A DNA stretch of 64,000 nucleotides from a virus, in the IMG/VR virus record IMGVR_UViG_3300027801_001493, positions 32,001 to 96,000 of that record. One strand, 5' to 3'. The notes beneath the pieces were generated by a model. It saw only the letters and a program-made list of their open reading frames with translations. It was not told the origin of the DNA and made no database searches. The translations under genes and the position numbers were made by a program. This document shows positions 1 to 9,578 of the stretch, in pieces. How positions within the stretch are numbered: position 1 is the first letter of the stretch; the number at the start of each line of letters is the position of its first letter.

Positions 1-261
1 TGCGGCGGCTTTTGCCGCATCTTGTTGTTCTTTAACGTTGCCTAAAAACATCGCTAACTTATCGTACAAAGCGCCTACGACTGTCATTTCATTTCCTTTG
101 TATGCACCACGTTGTGCTCCAAGGTCAATAATCTGTGCAATCTGATCTAAGTCACGTAATGTGATTGACTCGACTGGTTGTGCAGGTGTCTCTGAACTTT
201 CTTCAGTAGTAGGTACTTCTTGTTCTACTACTTCTTCTGAAACTGTTTCTTTCTTAGCCAT
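1..261 (-). CDS. Hypothetical protein, runs off the window edge (not in ORF track)
   Basis: Manual translation MAKKETVSEEVVEQEV...ITLRDLDQIAQIIDLGAQRGAYKGNEMTVVGALYDKLAMFL...; GGAG Shine-Dalgarno (SD) upstream. Confidence 0.7.
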   Translation of the reverse strand, partial: MAKKETVSEEVVEQEVPTTEESSETPAQPVESITLRDLDQIAQIIDLGAQRGAYKGNEMTVVGALYDKLAMFLGNVKEQQDAAKAAA

Positions 262-344
262 TAAAATATCTCCGGTTTAATGTTTTGTTATATGCATTTA
301 TTTATAACATGTTTTAACTTGTAAGGATTATTTTTGGTGTGTTT

Positions 345-1079
345 TTAGTCAAACACAACGGTATCTTCAACAAAACCGTCAGAATCTAATACAACACCAC
401 TAACAAAGCCGCCTTTGCCAGCTCCAGTGTCAGTAAAGATAACTGTTCCGCCAATAGCATTCGTTTCAATAACAACCTCGTTGATGTTACTTTCGAATGC
501 AGGTACTTCACAGAAAGGACTCCTGTCGTGTCCAACAATAACAGTTCTACCTCTTGGGATTGCATCAGTCCACGCATAAGTTCTGTGTGGATACATATTG
601 CCATTCCATTCTATAAAAGGTTTACTACTATCTATCTCACCAAACAACCTAGCTCTGTCAAATTTCTTGTGGTCTATATCATCTGACCAATACGAAGCAG
701 TAAAGCCACCGTGAGTGATATGAGTATCACCAATCACCATGTGTGTTTTCATGTTGCTATAGAAAGACATAAAGTCTTCTCTAACAATTGAATCACTATT
801 CAATGCTTCAACAGTACTAATCATACCATGTCCGATTGTTACGTTATTACCTTTAAGGTATCGTGCAATTTTGTTATCGTGATTTCCTTCTATGAATGTT
901 GCTTTACCAGTTTTGGATAATGTACTTGCAAGAGCAATAGTTGAGGTTGCATGTTTTCCGTAATCTACAACATCTCCCACTGATACAATGTGTAAACCAT
1001 GCTCTTCAGCATAGATAGAGGCATCCATAAAGAACTTGTATTCATTATGTATATCACCTAAAACTAAATATTTACTCAC
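345..1079 (-). CDS. Calcineurin-like metallophosphoesterase, Pnkp/PrpA-type phosphatase domain
   Basis: GDIHN, GDVVDYG, GNHDNK, THGG, VGHD, DTGAGKGG motifs; GTG start after AGGAG. Confidence 0.85.
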   Translation of the reverse strand: MSKYLVLGDIHNEYKFFMDASIYAEEHGLHIVSVGDVVDYGKHATSTIALASTLSKTGKATFIEGNHDNKIARYLKGNNVTIGHGMISTVEALNSDSIVREDFMSFYSNMKTHMVIGDTHITHGGFTASYWSDDIDHKKFDRARLFGEIDSSKPFIEWNGNMYPHRTYAWTDAIPRGRTVIVGHDRSPFCEVPAFESNINEVVIETNAIGGTVIFTDTGAGKGGFVSGVVLDSDGFVEDTVVFD

Positions 1080-1105
1080 TGAGTTCTCCTACAAACTATA
1101 TACAT

Positions 1106-1134
1106 ATTATAGCAAAATTCGGGGGTGTTGTCAA
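1106..1134 (-). promoter_or_regulatory. sigma70-type promoter
   Basis: TTGACA-N17-TATAAT upstream of the phosphoesterase. Confidence 0.8.
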
Positions 1135-1135
1135 C

Positions 1136-2194
1136 CTAATATTGCTCTAATTTGCCTTCCCTAACCAGGTCTACACTCACACAATGTGGGCCTCCTGCAA
1201 GGGTTCTCATATGGCGCATTTTGACTGGAACTGGAGTTATGCCATGCTTCTCCATTGCACTCATTAAGTGCGTTTCTTCTTCTGGTACTATGACTGTTTC
1301 TGGATCAATACTAAGTGTATTCATGCCTATCCAACTACTTGCTGGAGCCAAGTCTTTGTATGCTTTTTGCCCTACACACATCTCTTCTGTGTACCATATA
1401 ATATCCCACCCATCAAACACATCAGGGACGGCTAATTTGCTTACCCTACTCGCATTCAACACTACAAGCCCGGGACGTAAGGGCATTATTGTACTGTCTA
1501 CATGAGCCCAGCTATAGAGATCGTGCATCATATGAACTTTAAATGCGTCTCCGAGGGTGTTCTGTAGCCATTTAGCACCCTTCTCATTACCAGTATTTGA
1601 TATCAAATACAATATATCGTACCCCATTCTAATCAAATTTGCTGGGTCTAATATAGGTTCTTCATTAGTAATGCTTGGGTCTAGTCCAGGTTGTATCCTA
1701 AACAAACTATCATTCAACATAGGTTTAGGCATTGGTAACCATTTAGAACCAGCCATCATCTTCTCTTGGAACAACTTATTGAACAAGAATGTCTCATGGT
1801 ATCTAGCTCTTAAACTCATTGCACCCTCTATAATAGTATCGCCTATCACTGTTACACTATCTCTAGGGCAGTATGCTTCGTATTGGTCAGTATGCCACTT
1901 ACCATTGGAAACTGCTGTAGTGAAGTCTACGGCTGTCGTATCGGGTCTATGAACTGTTATATCCGCTTGTTCTAGTATAGATACTAAGTTGTCTAAGTCC
2001 TCTTCTGCTTCTTCATATACCTTCTTAGGGTATCTGCCTTTGGGCATATTCTCATATTGTTCTTTGGTTAGGTTGGCATAGTTGGTTGCATGATGACTTA
2101 AATCATTCTCTGGAATGTTAGCACCAATGCTAGTGCCTATTATTATTTCTTTTAGGGGGTCCCACTCATTGCATGACCAAACTGGTGTTGTCAT
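1136..2194 (-). CDS. Amidinotransferase (AGAT/StrB family)
   Basis: NEWDPLKEIIIG N-terminus, CPRD, DPANL (Asp), WAHVDST (His), GGPHCVSVDLVR (Cys): catalytic triad intact. Confidence 0.9.
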   Translation of the reverse strand: MTTPVWSCNEWDPLKEIIIGTSIGANIPENDLSHHATNYANLTKEQYENMPKGRYPKKVYEEAEEDLDNLVSILEQADITVHRPDTTAVDFTTAVSNGKWHTDQYEAYCPRDSVTVIGDTIIEGAMSLRARYHETFLFNKLFQEKMMAGSKWLPMPKPMLNDSLFRIQPGLDPSITNEEPILDPANLIRMGYDILYLISNTGNEKGAKWLQNTLGDAFKVHMMHDLYSWAHVDSTIMPLRPGLVVLNASRVSKLAVPDVFDGWDIIWYTEEMCVGQKAYKDLAPASSWIGMNTLSIDPETVIVPEEETHLMSAMEKHGITPVPVKMRHMRTLAGGPHCVSVDLVREGKLEQY

Positions 2195-3375
2195 ACTATC
2201 CTCTGGAATTGATTCATACTATCGAAGTCATCGTTGATTATATCATACAGTTGTGTAAATGTGTCTCCGAATGATTGTTCTCTATATTTGTCCATACGTT
2301 TCATCCATACTAGAAAATGCTTATATCCATATTCCGAAGTGTTTGGTAGCATCATATAATCTTTTACTTCCTGTCTAGTTATCACTTGGAGTAATTGTTC
2401 TTTGATATTATCTGGAAAGTTTCTAATGTTCATGTAGTCTGGACCTTCTGCAAAACCTATCCAAGGTTCTTCTCCAAATGTTTCTCTTTGCCAGTCCATA
2501 ATCTCTTTTAAGTTTAAAACATTCTGTGTAGACATTGTCATGTTACCAAATATTTTTGTAGGTATTCCTAGTTCCATTGATTGTAAATCTTCTACAACTT
2601 CTAAAACAGTTTCCCACTTACCTGGATATCTTAAGTATTCAAACCTAGACTCTATTCCATCTATGCTTAAACTTATGTCAATACTCTTAAAATGTTTCCA
2701 TTGTTCTCTTAATCGTTCTGTAGGTTTGTTAGTAGCATTTGAATTGTACATAAGTTCTACTTCTTTTGCTCTGCCAGTATCAACTAAGTATTGTAGTATT
2801 TCATATTGTGTGATATTTAATAACGGTTCACCTCCAAAGAATTCTAAACGTTCTAGATTCTTTGCAACTGGTATCCATTCTTCCATAGGCACATGAGTTG
2901 CTGGAAACTTAGATACAAATGCTCCGCCATCGCCGTACTCTTTTGCATACACTTGTCCTTCTGGATCAAACTGATTACTATCATGAGCACCACAACTTCT
3001 ACAAGCAAGGTTACATACATTACTACTCCTGTACACAATAACTTTTGGTCCATCTAAGTATTTCTCTGTTTTAATAAAGTCTTCATACACATCAGTGTGA
3101 CTGTATTGCTCTAGCATACGTTGTCTTAGGCTAGGTTTACCTATTGTTTCTTCAGTAAAACATCTATTGCATTCACTAGCTTTTTCATTGTTTAAATGTT
3201 GTTGTCTAAGTTCGTTAAGTTCATCGGCATGCCATTGCTGTTCACCGCTAAGATGTGCATGGGGCCAATCGCCTGCCCCAAATGGGCACGGACTATTCAA
3301 TCCTCTGACATCTGGTCGAGTCATCATGAATGGTGCTAGGCATAAATTGTCTGGTTTTTTGTCTGGATAATCCAT
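2191..3375 (-). CDS. Radical SAM protein with N-terminal SPASM/twitch-like Cys segment
   Basis: CNLACRSC (CxxxCxxC), FFGGEPLL, SIDG; N-terminal CLAPF..CPF..CNRC; ATGA overlap with the amidinotransferase. Confidence 0.85.
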   Translation of the reverse strand: MDYPDKKPDNLCLAPFMMTRPDVRGLNSPCPFGAGDWPHAHLSGEQQWHADELNELRQQHLNNEKASECNRCFTEETIGKPSLRQRMLEQYSHTDVYEDFIKTEKYLDGPKVIVYRSSNVCNLACRSCGAHDSNQFDPEGQVYAKEYGDGGAFVSKFPATHVPMEEWIPVAKNLERLEFFGGEPLLNITQYEILQYLVDTGRAKEVELMYNSNATNKPTERLREQWKHFKSIDISLSIDGIESRFEYLRYPGKWETVLEVVEDLQSMELGIPTKIFGNMTMSTQNVLNLKEIMDWQRETFGEEPWIGFAEGPDYMNIRNFPDNIKEQLLQVITRQEVKDYMMLPNTSEYGYKHFLVWMKRMDKYREQSFGDTFTQLYDIINDDFDSMNQFQRIV

Positions 3376-3423
3376 TATGATGCCAACTTTGAATAAAGCC
3401 GCAGAATTTTGCTTGGTATATCT

Positions 3424-3744
3424 TTAGGTATTTTTAAACTCATCAGCAATATTTATCCTATCTATTGCTGGAGCTGGTGCTACTTGTGGTGTATCAAATG
3501 CTTGAAGTACTCTTGCTACATCATCTCTTGATTCAAAATATAAGATCCATTGCTCTCCCATATCTTTGAGAACACAATATTGACCTATAGCATTGTTAGT
3601 TAACCATTCAACTACAAGAGAATCGTCAGTTACAAACTTATTGCTTAACATAGTAGCAAACTTATCTGTGCCAGTTAGTCCTGTGAATTCTGCTTCTGTT
3701 AGTTTATTAAATCTTTTTATTACCATTTTTGATAATCCTTCCAT
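3424..3744 (-). CDS. Hypothetical protein
   Basis: ORF in a co-directional run, overlapping the upstream gene end. Confidence 0.6.
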   Translation of the reverse strand: MEGLSKMVIKRFNKLTEAEFTGLTGTDKFATMLSNKFVTDDSLVVEWLTNNAIGQYCVLKDMGEQWILYFESRDDVARVLQAFDTPQVAPAPAIDRINIADEFKNT

Positions 3745-4415
3745 TCTACCATTCTAAAATCGTCTCCATCGAAGGCTACACCGTACAACCATGTAGGCCC
3801 TTGGGCGCCTCGATTTATCATGCCTTTGTCAACGCCGCCTTTACCTAAGTCCCCATCATTGATTCTACTTACTATATAGTCTGCCCAATCCATAGGTTCC
3901 GCATTGGAGGCAGGACATATACCATATGCATTGATGTCGTTGTTTCTGTTGTTCCATATAATCTCATAGTCTAATGCTCTAAGATTTTTATACATGTGAA
4001 GATGTGCAAACTTTGGTCTATGGTCTGCGGCTATTTGGCTAGTGATATAACAGATGTTTCCTTTCCATCCTTTTAATGTTAACCAATTAGTAAGATAAGT
4101 TTTAAACCAGAGTTGGTCTCTGTTATTTACCCACCATTCATTATATGTTTCAAATGTCATCTCACCTTCATGCTCTTCAGTGCTAATTAATTCTTTAACC
4201 ATGCCAGTATTGATATTAAATATAATAGTATCAGGCAATGAAAGTGGTTCTAGTTCTTTATGAATAAATGATTGGATTAAATCTGGATGATAAAATACTT
4301 GTTTAATGTTTTTGTAAGGGCTGGCTTCTCGACCAAACGACTCAACAGTACCTTCCAGTTGAGATATTATTCGTTGAGACCAATCTGATGTTGCACCAAA
4401 GAACCAAGTTGACAT
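3720..4415 (-). CDS. Degenerate short-chain dehydrogenase (Rossmann)-like protein
   Basis: N-terminal FFGATSD, IIFNIN, CYITSQ, MYKNLR (YxxxR), INAYGICP. Confidence 0.4.
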   Translation of the reverse strand: MSTWFFGATSDWSQRIISQLEGTVESFGREASPYKNIKQVFYHPDLIQSFIHKELEPLSLPDTIIFNINTGMVKELISTEEHEGEMTFETYNEWWVNNRDQLWFKTYLTNWLTLKGWKGNICYITSQIAADHRPKFAHLHMYKNLRALDYEIIWNNRNNDINAYGICPASNAEPMDWADYIVSRINDGDLGKGGVDKGMINRGAQGPTWLYGVAFDGDDFRMVEWKDYQKW

Positions 4416-5767
4416 TATTTTTTATCCGCTGTTTCATATGGTACAGTAGTACCAAATGGCGAAACTGGAGTGTTACCTCCGTAGCCTCCACCATGTACAA
4501 TAAACAATGTATCACAGTAGTTTTCATCACCCCAACTATCCCAAGGGTAACCATCTGTAAACATCACAAACTTCTTAGGCATAATACCTTCTTCCTTGAA
4601 CCAATTGAAACAACATTCAAAGTCTGTGCCGCCGCCACCAGCTGGCTCGTACTCTAAAAACTCTTCCATGTTATGCATAGTAAATACTTGTGGGTTATGA
4701 ACTTCTGTATCAAAACAGAACAAATGTATTTTAAAGTCTGTGTACTGATCCATAACACCTTTTGTTTCACTAAGGATATCTCTCATCATAGTATCTGTCA
4801 TAGACCCTGATGTGTCAATACCAAGTGCAATATCAATTGTTTGTTCTCTGTCCATACCAGGCATCCAAATGCCTTGATCCATTCCTTTACGTGAAGGTGT
4901 GTTGAAATTGTAATCGCTTTTGATAACTGATTGTATCTCTTGTGGTAAAAGTTCTCTCCAACTAAGTTGAGGTTGAACTAAACTATCAACAAGTCTTTTA
5001 ACGCCACTAGGTAAGTTACCTGCACCAGCCGCCCTAGCCGCCTGTATTGTAGCATTCTTAAATTGTTCTTTAATAGTACGTTTTTCTTCAGCAGTATACT
5101 TTGCAGGACCTTTGCCATCTGCATCGTCATCTTGATTGCCGTCTGGGCCGGAACCTGAATCATCATCACCGTCATCCATATCTAAATGAACATCTAGTGT
5201 TGACATATCAATAACTCGACCTTCCTCTTCAGCCTGCTTAAATAAATCTGCATAAACTTCTTCTGAAGTCCAACGTTGGTATTTCCAATCAAAACATATT
5301 TCAACTAATGAAATCTTCTTACCAACATTACCTTCTACTAAATCCATGTTCACAACATAGTCGTTCGCAATGTTCCAAAGTAAAGGATTCTTATCGCCCC
5401 TACGACCAAAGTGGTCATAAACACAATGCTCAACTTCATGTCCACATAAGAATACAAGTTCCTCTTGATCCAATGCATCAATAAAGTTTCTGTTGTAGTA
5501 AAAGTATTTGCCATCAGTTGCGGCAGTTGGACACCACTTAGTAGCATCTCTAAACTCTAACCTACAAGCCAAGTTACCGTAAAATGGACAATGCAATAGC
5601 ATATTGATTCTAGCCGCAATTAAACGATCCTCAATCTCAGCCGTTGTCTTAGTTGTCTCTGGTATATTTGCTAAAGCCTTGTGACTAGTGTCATTGGGCG
5701 AGCCTTCGCTTACCTTTGGTGCCTTAGTTGCTTGGTGTAAAATTGTCATCGTTTGTATACTCCTCAA
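4415..5767 (-). CDS. vWA-domain protein with N-terminal HExxH metallopeptidase-like domain (DUF2201-like)
   Basis: TAATDGKYFYYN, HEVEH, acidic linker, IDTSGSM MIDAS, GGGTDF, FTDG. Confidence 0.85.
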   Translation of the reverse strand: MRSIQTMTILHQATKAPKVSEGSPNDTSHKALANIPETTKTTAEIEDRLIAARINMLLHCPFYGNLACRLEFRDATKWCPTAATDGKYFYYNRNFIDALDQEELVFLCGHEVEHCVYDHFGRRGDKNPLLWNIANDYVVNMDLVEGNVGKKISLVEICFDWKYQRWTSEEVYADLFKQAEEEGRVIDMSTLDVHLDMDDGDDDSGSGPDGNQDDDADGKGPAKYTAEEKRTIKEQFKNATIQAARAAGAGNLPSGVKRLVDSLVQPQLSWRELLPQEIQSVIKSDYNFNTPSRKGMDQGIWMPGMDREQTIDIALGIDTSGSMTDTMMRDILSETKGVMDQYTDFKIHLFCFDTEVHNPQVFTMHNMEEFLEYEPAGGGGTDFECCFNWFKEEGIMPKKFVMFTDGYPWDSWGDENYCDTLFIVHGGGYGGNTPVSPFGTTVPYETADKK

Positions 5768-5778
5768 TATATAAACAT

Positions 5779-5807
5779 ATTATACGTTTATTTACCATCA
5801 AAGTCAA
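5779..5807 (-). promoter_or_regulatory. sigma70-type promoter
   Basis: TTGACT-N17-TATAAT upstream of the vWA gene. Confidence 0.7.
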
Positions 5808-5852
5808 CCTTTTTTTACCTTATTTTGGCCCTAAGGTATGGTAAATATACAC

Positions 5853-6659
5853 ATGGACAACACTAACAAAGTGATTATCTGTGGTGATTCCTTCGCTACT
5901 ATCTCAAAGGATCAAGTACTCGAAGAACAATGGGCTCATATACTAGGCAATATAACCCTAGGGAGAACAGGCGCATGTACCACATATATCAAAGCCCAAG
6001 TAAAATATGCTGTGGAACAACTAAATGCAGATAAACTTATCATTTGGTCTACTACACCCGATAGGTTTGTATTTCCTATAACTCCTATCAAGCCTACTAC
6101 AAATACCAGACCAAACTTTGGGCCAAATGGATACAAGCCAGATGATTGGGCCGATGAATTACAATCAGCAGGACCTATACTAGCAAATACTATCCAAACA
6201 CATTTAGATGCTCGTGAGATTAACTATGAGTATCCAGACTACAATCCCATGTGGGCAAGTGATATACTATTAAACTTTTCTGTCCCTAGTGGCCCTTGGA
6301 ATAAACGACAGAAGCATTTAACTGAAGGTCAATACAAAGCCTTTAGAGCCTACTTATTATATCTGTCTGATCCAGAACTACTAAGAACAAACCGTAATAA
6401 CTTAATGGAAACCATATACTATTACTGTATGAAGTCAGGCATAGAAACTGTTATAGTTGATGTATGGTCAAATGAATCTGACAGCACTAATCCTAATTGG
6501 TGGGACGATGTTATAGATGCAGACAACATATCTATCGTAGATGGTTTTCCTAATGATGTTCTAAATCATACTGATTATATATTTGGTCCTACTGCACCTA
6601 GTAATCATTTACTACCTGAAGTACATTCTAGAATAGCCAAATACCTACAACAAATTTAA
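5853..6659 (+). CDS. SGNH/GDSL-like hypothetical protein (start likely 5853)
   Basis: ICGDSFA block I, C-terminal SNHLLPEVH; TAAATA lies 5 nt before this ATG. Confidence 0.55.
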   Translation: MDNTNKVIICGDSFATISKDQVLEEQWAHILGNITLGRTGACTTYIKAQVKYAVEQLNADKLIIWSTTPDRFVFPITPIKPTTNTRPNFGPNGYKPDDWADELQSAGPILANTIQTHLDAREINYEYPDYNPMWASDILLNFSVPSGPWNKRQKHLTEGQYKAFRAYLLYLSDPELLRTNRNNLMETIYYYCMKSGIETVIVDVWSNESDSTNPNWWDDVIDADNISIVDGFPNDVLNHTDYIFGPTAPSNHLLPEVHSRIAKYLQQI

Positions 6660-6662
6660 GTC

Positions 6663-6697
6663 AAAAAAAACCTCCCTTGCCTTGTGAGCTTGGGAGG
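6663..6697 (-). terminator. Intrinsic terminator after the MoxR gene
   Basis: CCTCCC/GGGAGG stem followed by a U8 run on the minus strand. Confidence 0.65.
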
Positions 6698-6763
6698 GTA
6701 AAACACGTTATCGTTTGTAGGAGTAACGATGTAGGATACAACAACGAAGTTTTAATTGTTCAT

Positions 6764-7861
6764 TTAAGAACCTGCTGGGAATAAGTATTTCCAGTAACGG
6801 TCCTTGAACTCCTTTTTGCCTGCTAGTTTGCGAGGCTTAATATCAATGTCATGGTCACTAAGAACAGTCTTAGCAGAGTATATAACTAGCTCTGGTTCAA
6901 AGTTATCCATAATAAAGTCAAAGAACAAATCAACACCTTTATCAAATGCTTTCTCATCATCTCTACTTTGGAGTTCTGCTAGTTCATAGCATAGTCCTAC
7001 AGCAAAGGAGTACTGAGCTGACTTCTCTTTAATGTTAAGTTTCTTAACTTGCCCGTTGAGGACATCTTCTGGATTAGGTAACTGGCTACTAATCTTTCTG
7101 TGTTCACAGAACTTAATTGCCATGCCTTCTCCAATTGCTCCTGCAACTTCCGCCTTCTGTTGGAATGCTGATGCAGTATCAAAACCTTCTGTATTAAGTA
7201 TTTCACTTACATAGTTCCACGAACGAGGTGTAGCAAACGATTGACTTGATGTCTTAGGATCAAAGTCAAACAAATCTGCTTTACTATATGTAAGGTAACC
7301 AATAACATCTTGGTGTACTTTATTGTTAGTAGCCCAAATGCTCCAATCTTCGAAGTTCACTTCCATGTTAATGTGTCTGAACCTGTTGCTCAAAGGACTA
7401 GGCATTCTATAAGTAACACCTCTATCAGTCTCTCTGTTACCTGCCGCTACAATTTTAACATTGCCTGGCATCTCATATTGACCAATCTTTCCATTAAGGA
7501 CTAACTGGTAAGCCGCCGCTTGTACACTTGGGGGTGCAGAGTTAAGCTCATCTAAAAATACTATAATAGTATCATACTCATCTGCCAACGCTTGAGTTGG
7601 AAGGTCAGCCGGTGGAGCCCACTCCATTGTGTTGTTTTCTGGATTACGGAACGGATAACCTCTAAGGTCAGTTGGTTCCATTAATGCTAGACGCATATCA
7701 ATCATATGACATTTGCCTAATTCACCTGAATCAGCAATTTGCTGAACAAGTTCTGATTTACCAATTCCGGGAGGACCCCATAAGAAAATTGGTCTGTTTG
7801 CCTTCATCGCTCTAAGAACGATATCTTTTGTGTCACTTGGACGGACTTGTAAAGTTTCCAT
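6764..7861 (-). CDS. MoxR-family AAA+ ATPase
   Basis: GPPGIGKS Walker A, DLRGYP, FLDELN Walker B, AAGNRETD, LSNRF, TPRSW. Confidence 0.88.
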   Translation of the reverse strand: METLQVRPSDTKDIVLRAMKANRPIFLWGPPGIGKSELVQQIADSGELGKCHMIDMRLALMEPTDLRGYPFRNPENNTMEWAPPADLPTQALADEYDTIIVFLDELNSAPPSVQAAAYQLVLNGKIGQYEMPGNVKIVAAGNRETDRGVTYRMPSPLSNRFRHINMEVNFEDWSIWATNNKVHQDVIGYLTYSKADLFDFDPKTSSQSFATPRSWNYVSEILNTEGFDTASAFQQKAEVAGAIGEGMAIKFCEHRKISSQLPNPEDVLNGQVKKLNIKEKSAQYSFAVGLCYELAELQSRDDEKAFDKGVDLFFDFIMDNFEPELVIYSAKTVLSDHDIDIKPRKLAGKKEFKDRYWKYLFPAGS

Positions 7862-7910
7862 ATATTACTCCTACGTAATGTTATTATGTTATTTCCTAAC
7901 TATGTATACT

Positions 7911-7938
7911 ATTATACTGGTATTTTAATCAAAGTCAA
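7911..7938 (-). promoter_or_regulatory. sigma70-type promoter
   Basis: TTGACT-N16-TATAAT upstream of the MoxR gene. Confidence 0.6.
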
Positions 7939-8362
7939 CCTTTTTCTGCAAATCTAACCAAATTTTCTGCAAATCGTCCCTTAATTCTGCCATTTCTTCT
8001 ACTCGCATCTCTTGATTTAGCCTAAACATCATACGTTCTATGTTCTTTATGTATTCAAAACTTAAATCTAGATACTGCTCACATTTTGTTATGTGGTCAT
8101 CCAATTCTTCTACACTGAATTCACCTACGAACTCATACTCACTGTCCTTCATAAACAGTTTGTGTGCTAAATCTGGTTTCTCATCAAACAAAAATGATTC
8201 AAAATCTTTTCGTTGTTCTGGGCTTAGTTGTCCTACTAGGTCGTCAAGAACCTCTCGGACAATTAAGCCAATCATCCTAGGGTCTTGTTCAGTGTTAGAC
8301 TTTGTGGGGAAAGGAATGACATTATCTTTGCCATTCCCATCGCCGTCTTTTTTATCTACCAT
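7925..8362 (-). CDS. Hypothetical protein
   Basis: ORF overlapping both neighbours; DNVIPFP motif; coiled-coil-like C-terminus. Confidence 0.6.
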   Translation of the reverse strand: MVDKKDGDGNGKDNVIPFPTKSNTEQDPRMIGLIVREVLDDLVGQLSPEQRKDFESFLFDEKPDLAHKLFMKDSEYEFVGEFSVEELDDHITKCEQYLDLSFEYIKNIERMMFRLNQEMRVEEMAELRDDLQKIWLDLQKKVDFD

Positions 8363-8886
8363 ACTCGTGTCATCACCGTAATAATTTCACCAACTTCTGG
8401 TCTGAAGTCTCTGTGAACATTTACTCTAGTACCATTTTGTAAGGTACCGGTTACACCATATCCAATAATAACTGGAGCATTATAAGGTACTGTATTAATT
8501 ACAGTCTCAATTTTACACTCAGCACCTCTTTGGTTATTGTGATCCATATTATTGCCAATCCTATTACCTAATAGTCCTGCAACAATTTTACCTGCATCAC
8601 TGGCGCCAAGTTCATCTGCAATAGCAACTCCAACACCTGCACCAACTAATCCACTTGTAGAACCAAATCCACGTTCTGTTATTTGTTCAAGAACTCCTTT
8701 TGAATTCCTTTTATAACAAACCTTTTCTCTACTCTCTACATCTTTGTAAACAGTTCTAAGACTAGTAAGCTCGTTAACATTGTCAACGGTCATTGTTTGT
8801 TGGAATACTTGTTCACTCCACGCAACTGGTGATAGCATGAACATAATCATACCAATTAATATTAAATTTACATACCTGTTATTCAT
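8356..8886 (-). CDS. Exported glycine-zipper protein
   Basis: Signal peptide ending VAWS; GLVGAGVGVAIA...AGLLGNRIG glycine zipper. Confidence 0.65.
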   Translation of the reverse strand: MNNRYVNLILIGMIMFMLSPVAWSEQVFQQTMTVDNVNELTSLRTVYKDVESREKVCYKRNSKGVLEQITERGFGSTSGLVGAGVGVAIADELGASDAGKIVAGLLGNRIGNNMDHNNQRGAECKIETVINTVPYNAPVIIGYGVTGTLQNGTRVNVHRDFRPEVGEIITVMTRVW

Positions 8887-8918
8887 AAAATTACTCCTTT
8901 TATTAACTTTAAGTGCTT

Positions 8919-8947
8919 ATTATTGCACCTTTTGTATGTAAAGTCAA
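8919..8947 (-). promoter_or_regulatory. sigma70-type promoter
   Basis: TTGACT-N17-AATAAT. Confidence 0.5.
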
Positions 8948-8990
8948 CCTTTTTCTTCCAAATTATCTGGCGCCACCCTTCATAGGAATC

Positions 8991-9191
8991 TTAGTCATAT
9001 TGCTCCTTATCCGTATGGTTTTTGATATACTCTCTAATTGCTGTTAAAACTGCAGATTCTAGTAAGATAGCCACTGTCTCTGGATCTATATCTAATGTTA
9101 GTCTAGCAGTACCATCTGGTTGCTCGTCAATTTCAATTACTTCTATGCTCACAGTTTGTCTCCTCCGTGTCCTGTGGGTTGTAATGTCCAC
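8991..9191 (-). CDS. Small hypothetical protein
   Basis: ORF in a co-directional run. Confidence 0.5.
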   Translation of the reverse strand: MDITTHRTRRRQTVSIEVIEIDEQPDGTARLTLDIDPETVAILLESAVLTAIREYIKNHTDKEQYD

Positions 9192-9433
9192 CGGTCATGT
9201 ACTACTTCACATACAGTACACTTCCAGTAACTGATACCATCGTATTTGCCTCGTACTTCAATGCCAATTACGTTTTTACCAAAATGTTTTGGGCTGTCTG
9301 GTGTACACCCATACATTGCACCTGACTGTAATGCTTTACGCCTAGTATAGCCTTTACGTTCAAAGTGTTCAGTAATCGTTTCCTCTTCTTCCCATGCAAT
9401 ATTGCAACTTGGACATTGACTTGGACTACTCAT
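9149..9433 (-). CDS. Small putative Zn-binding protein
   Basis: CPSC and CTVC pairs; GAGG SD. Confidence 0.6.
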   Translation of the reverse strand: MSSPSQCPSCNIAWEEEETITEHFERKGYTRRKALQSGAMYGCTPDSPKHFGKNVIGIEVRGKYDGISYWKCTVCEVVHDRWTLQPTGHGGDKL

Positions 9434-9454
9434 ATGCTTTCCTCTTTGTTAATT

Positions 9455-9531
9455 TGGTGGGCCCGGAGTGACTCGAACACTCGACCTGCCGATTATGAGT
9501 CGGATGCTCTAACCAACTGAGCTACAGGCCC
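9455..9531 (-). tRNA. tRNA-Ile2 (anticodon CAU, lysidine type; Met not fully excluded)
   Basis: GGGCCTGTAGCTCAGTTGGTTAGAGCATCCGACTCATAATCGG...GTTCGAGTC...GGGCCCACCA; full cloverleaf, encoded CCA, CGACTCATAATCG arm typical of ileX. Confidence 0.9.
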
Positions 9532-9578
9532 AAATTTATTGCTCTCTGTTTTTACCCTGGGAGAGCCTTACCAGAATG

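Noticed and set aside
9541-9566. GCTCTC/GAGAGC hairpin between tRNA-Leu and tRNA-Ile
   Set aside because: A single short stem without tRNA or known ncRNA features; likely a processing spacer
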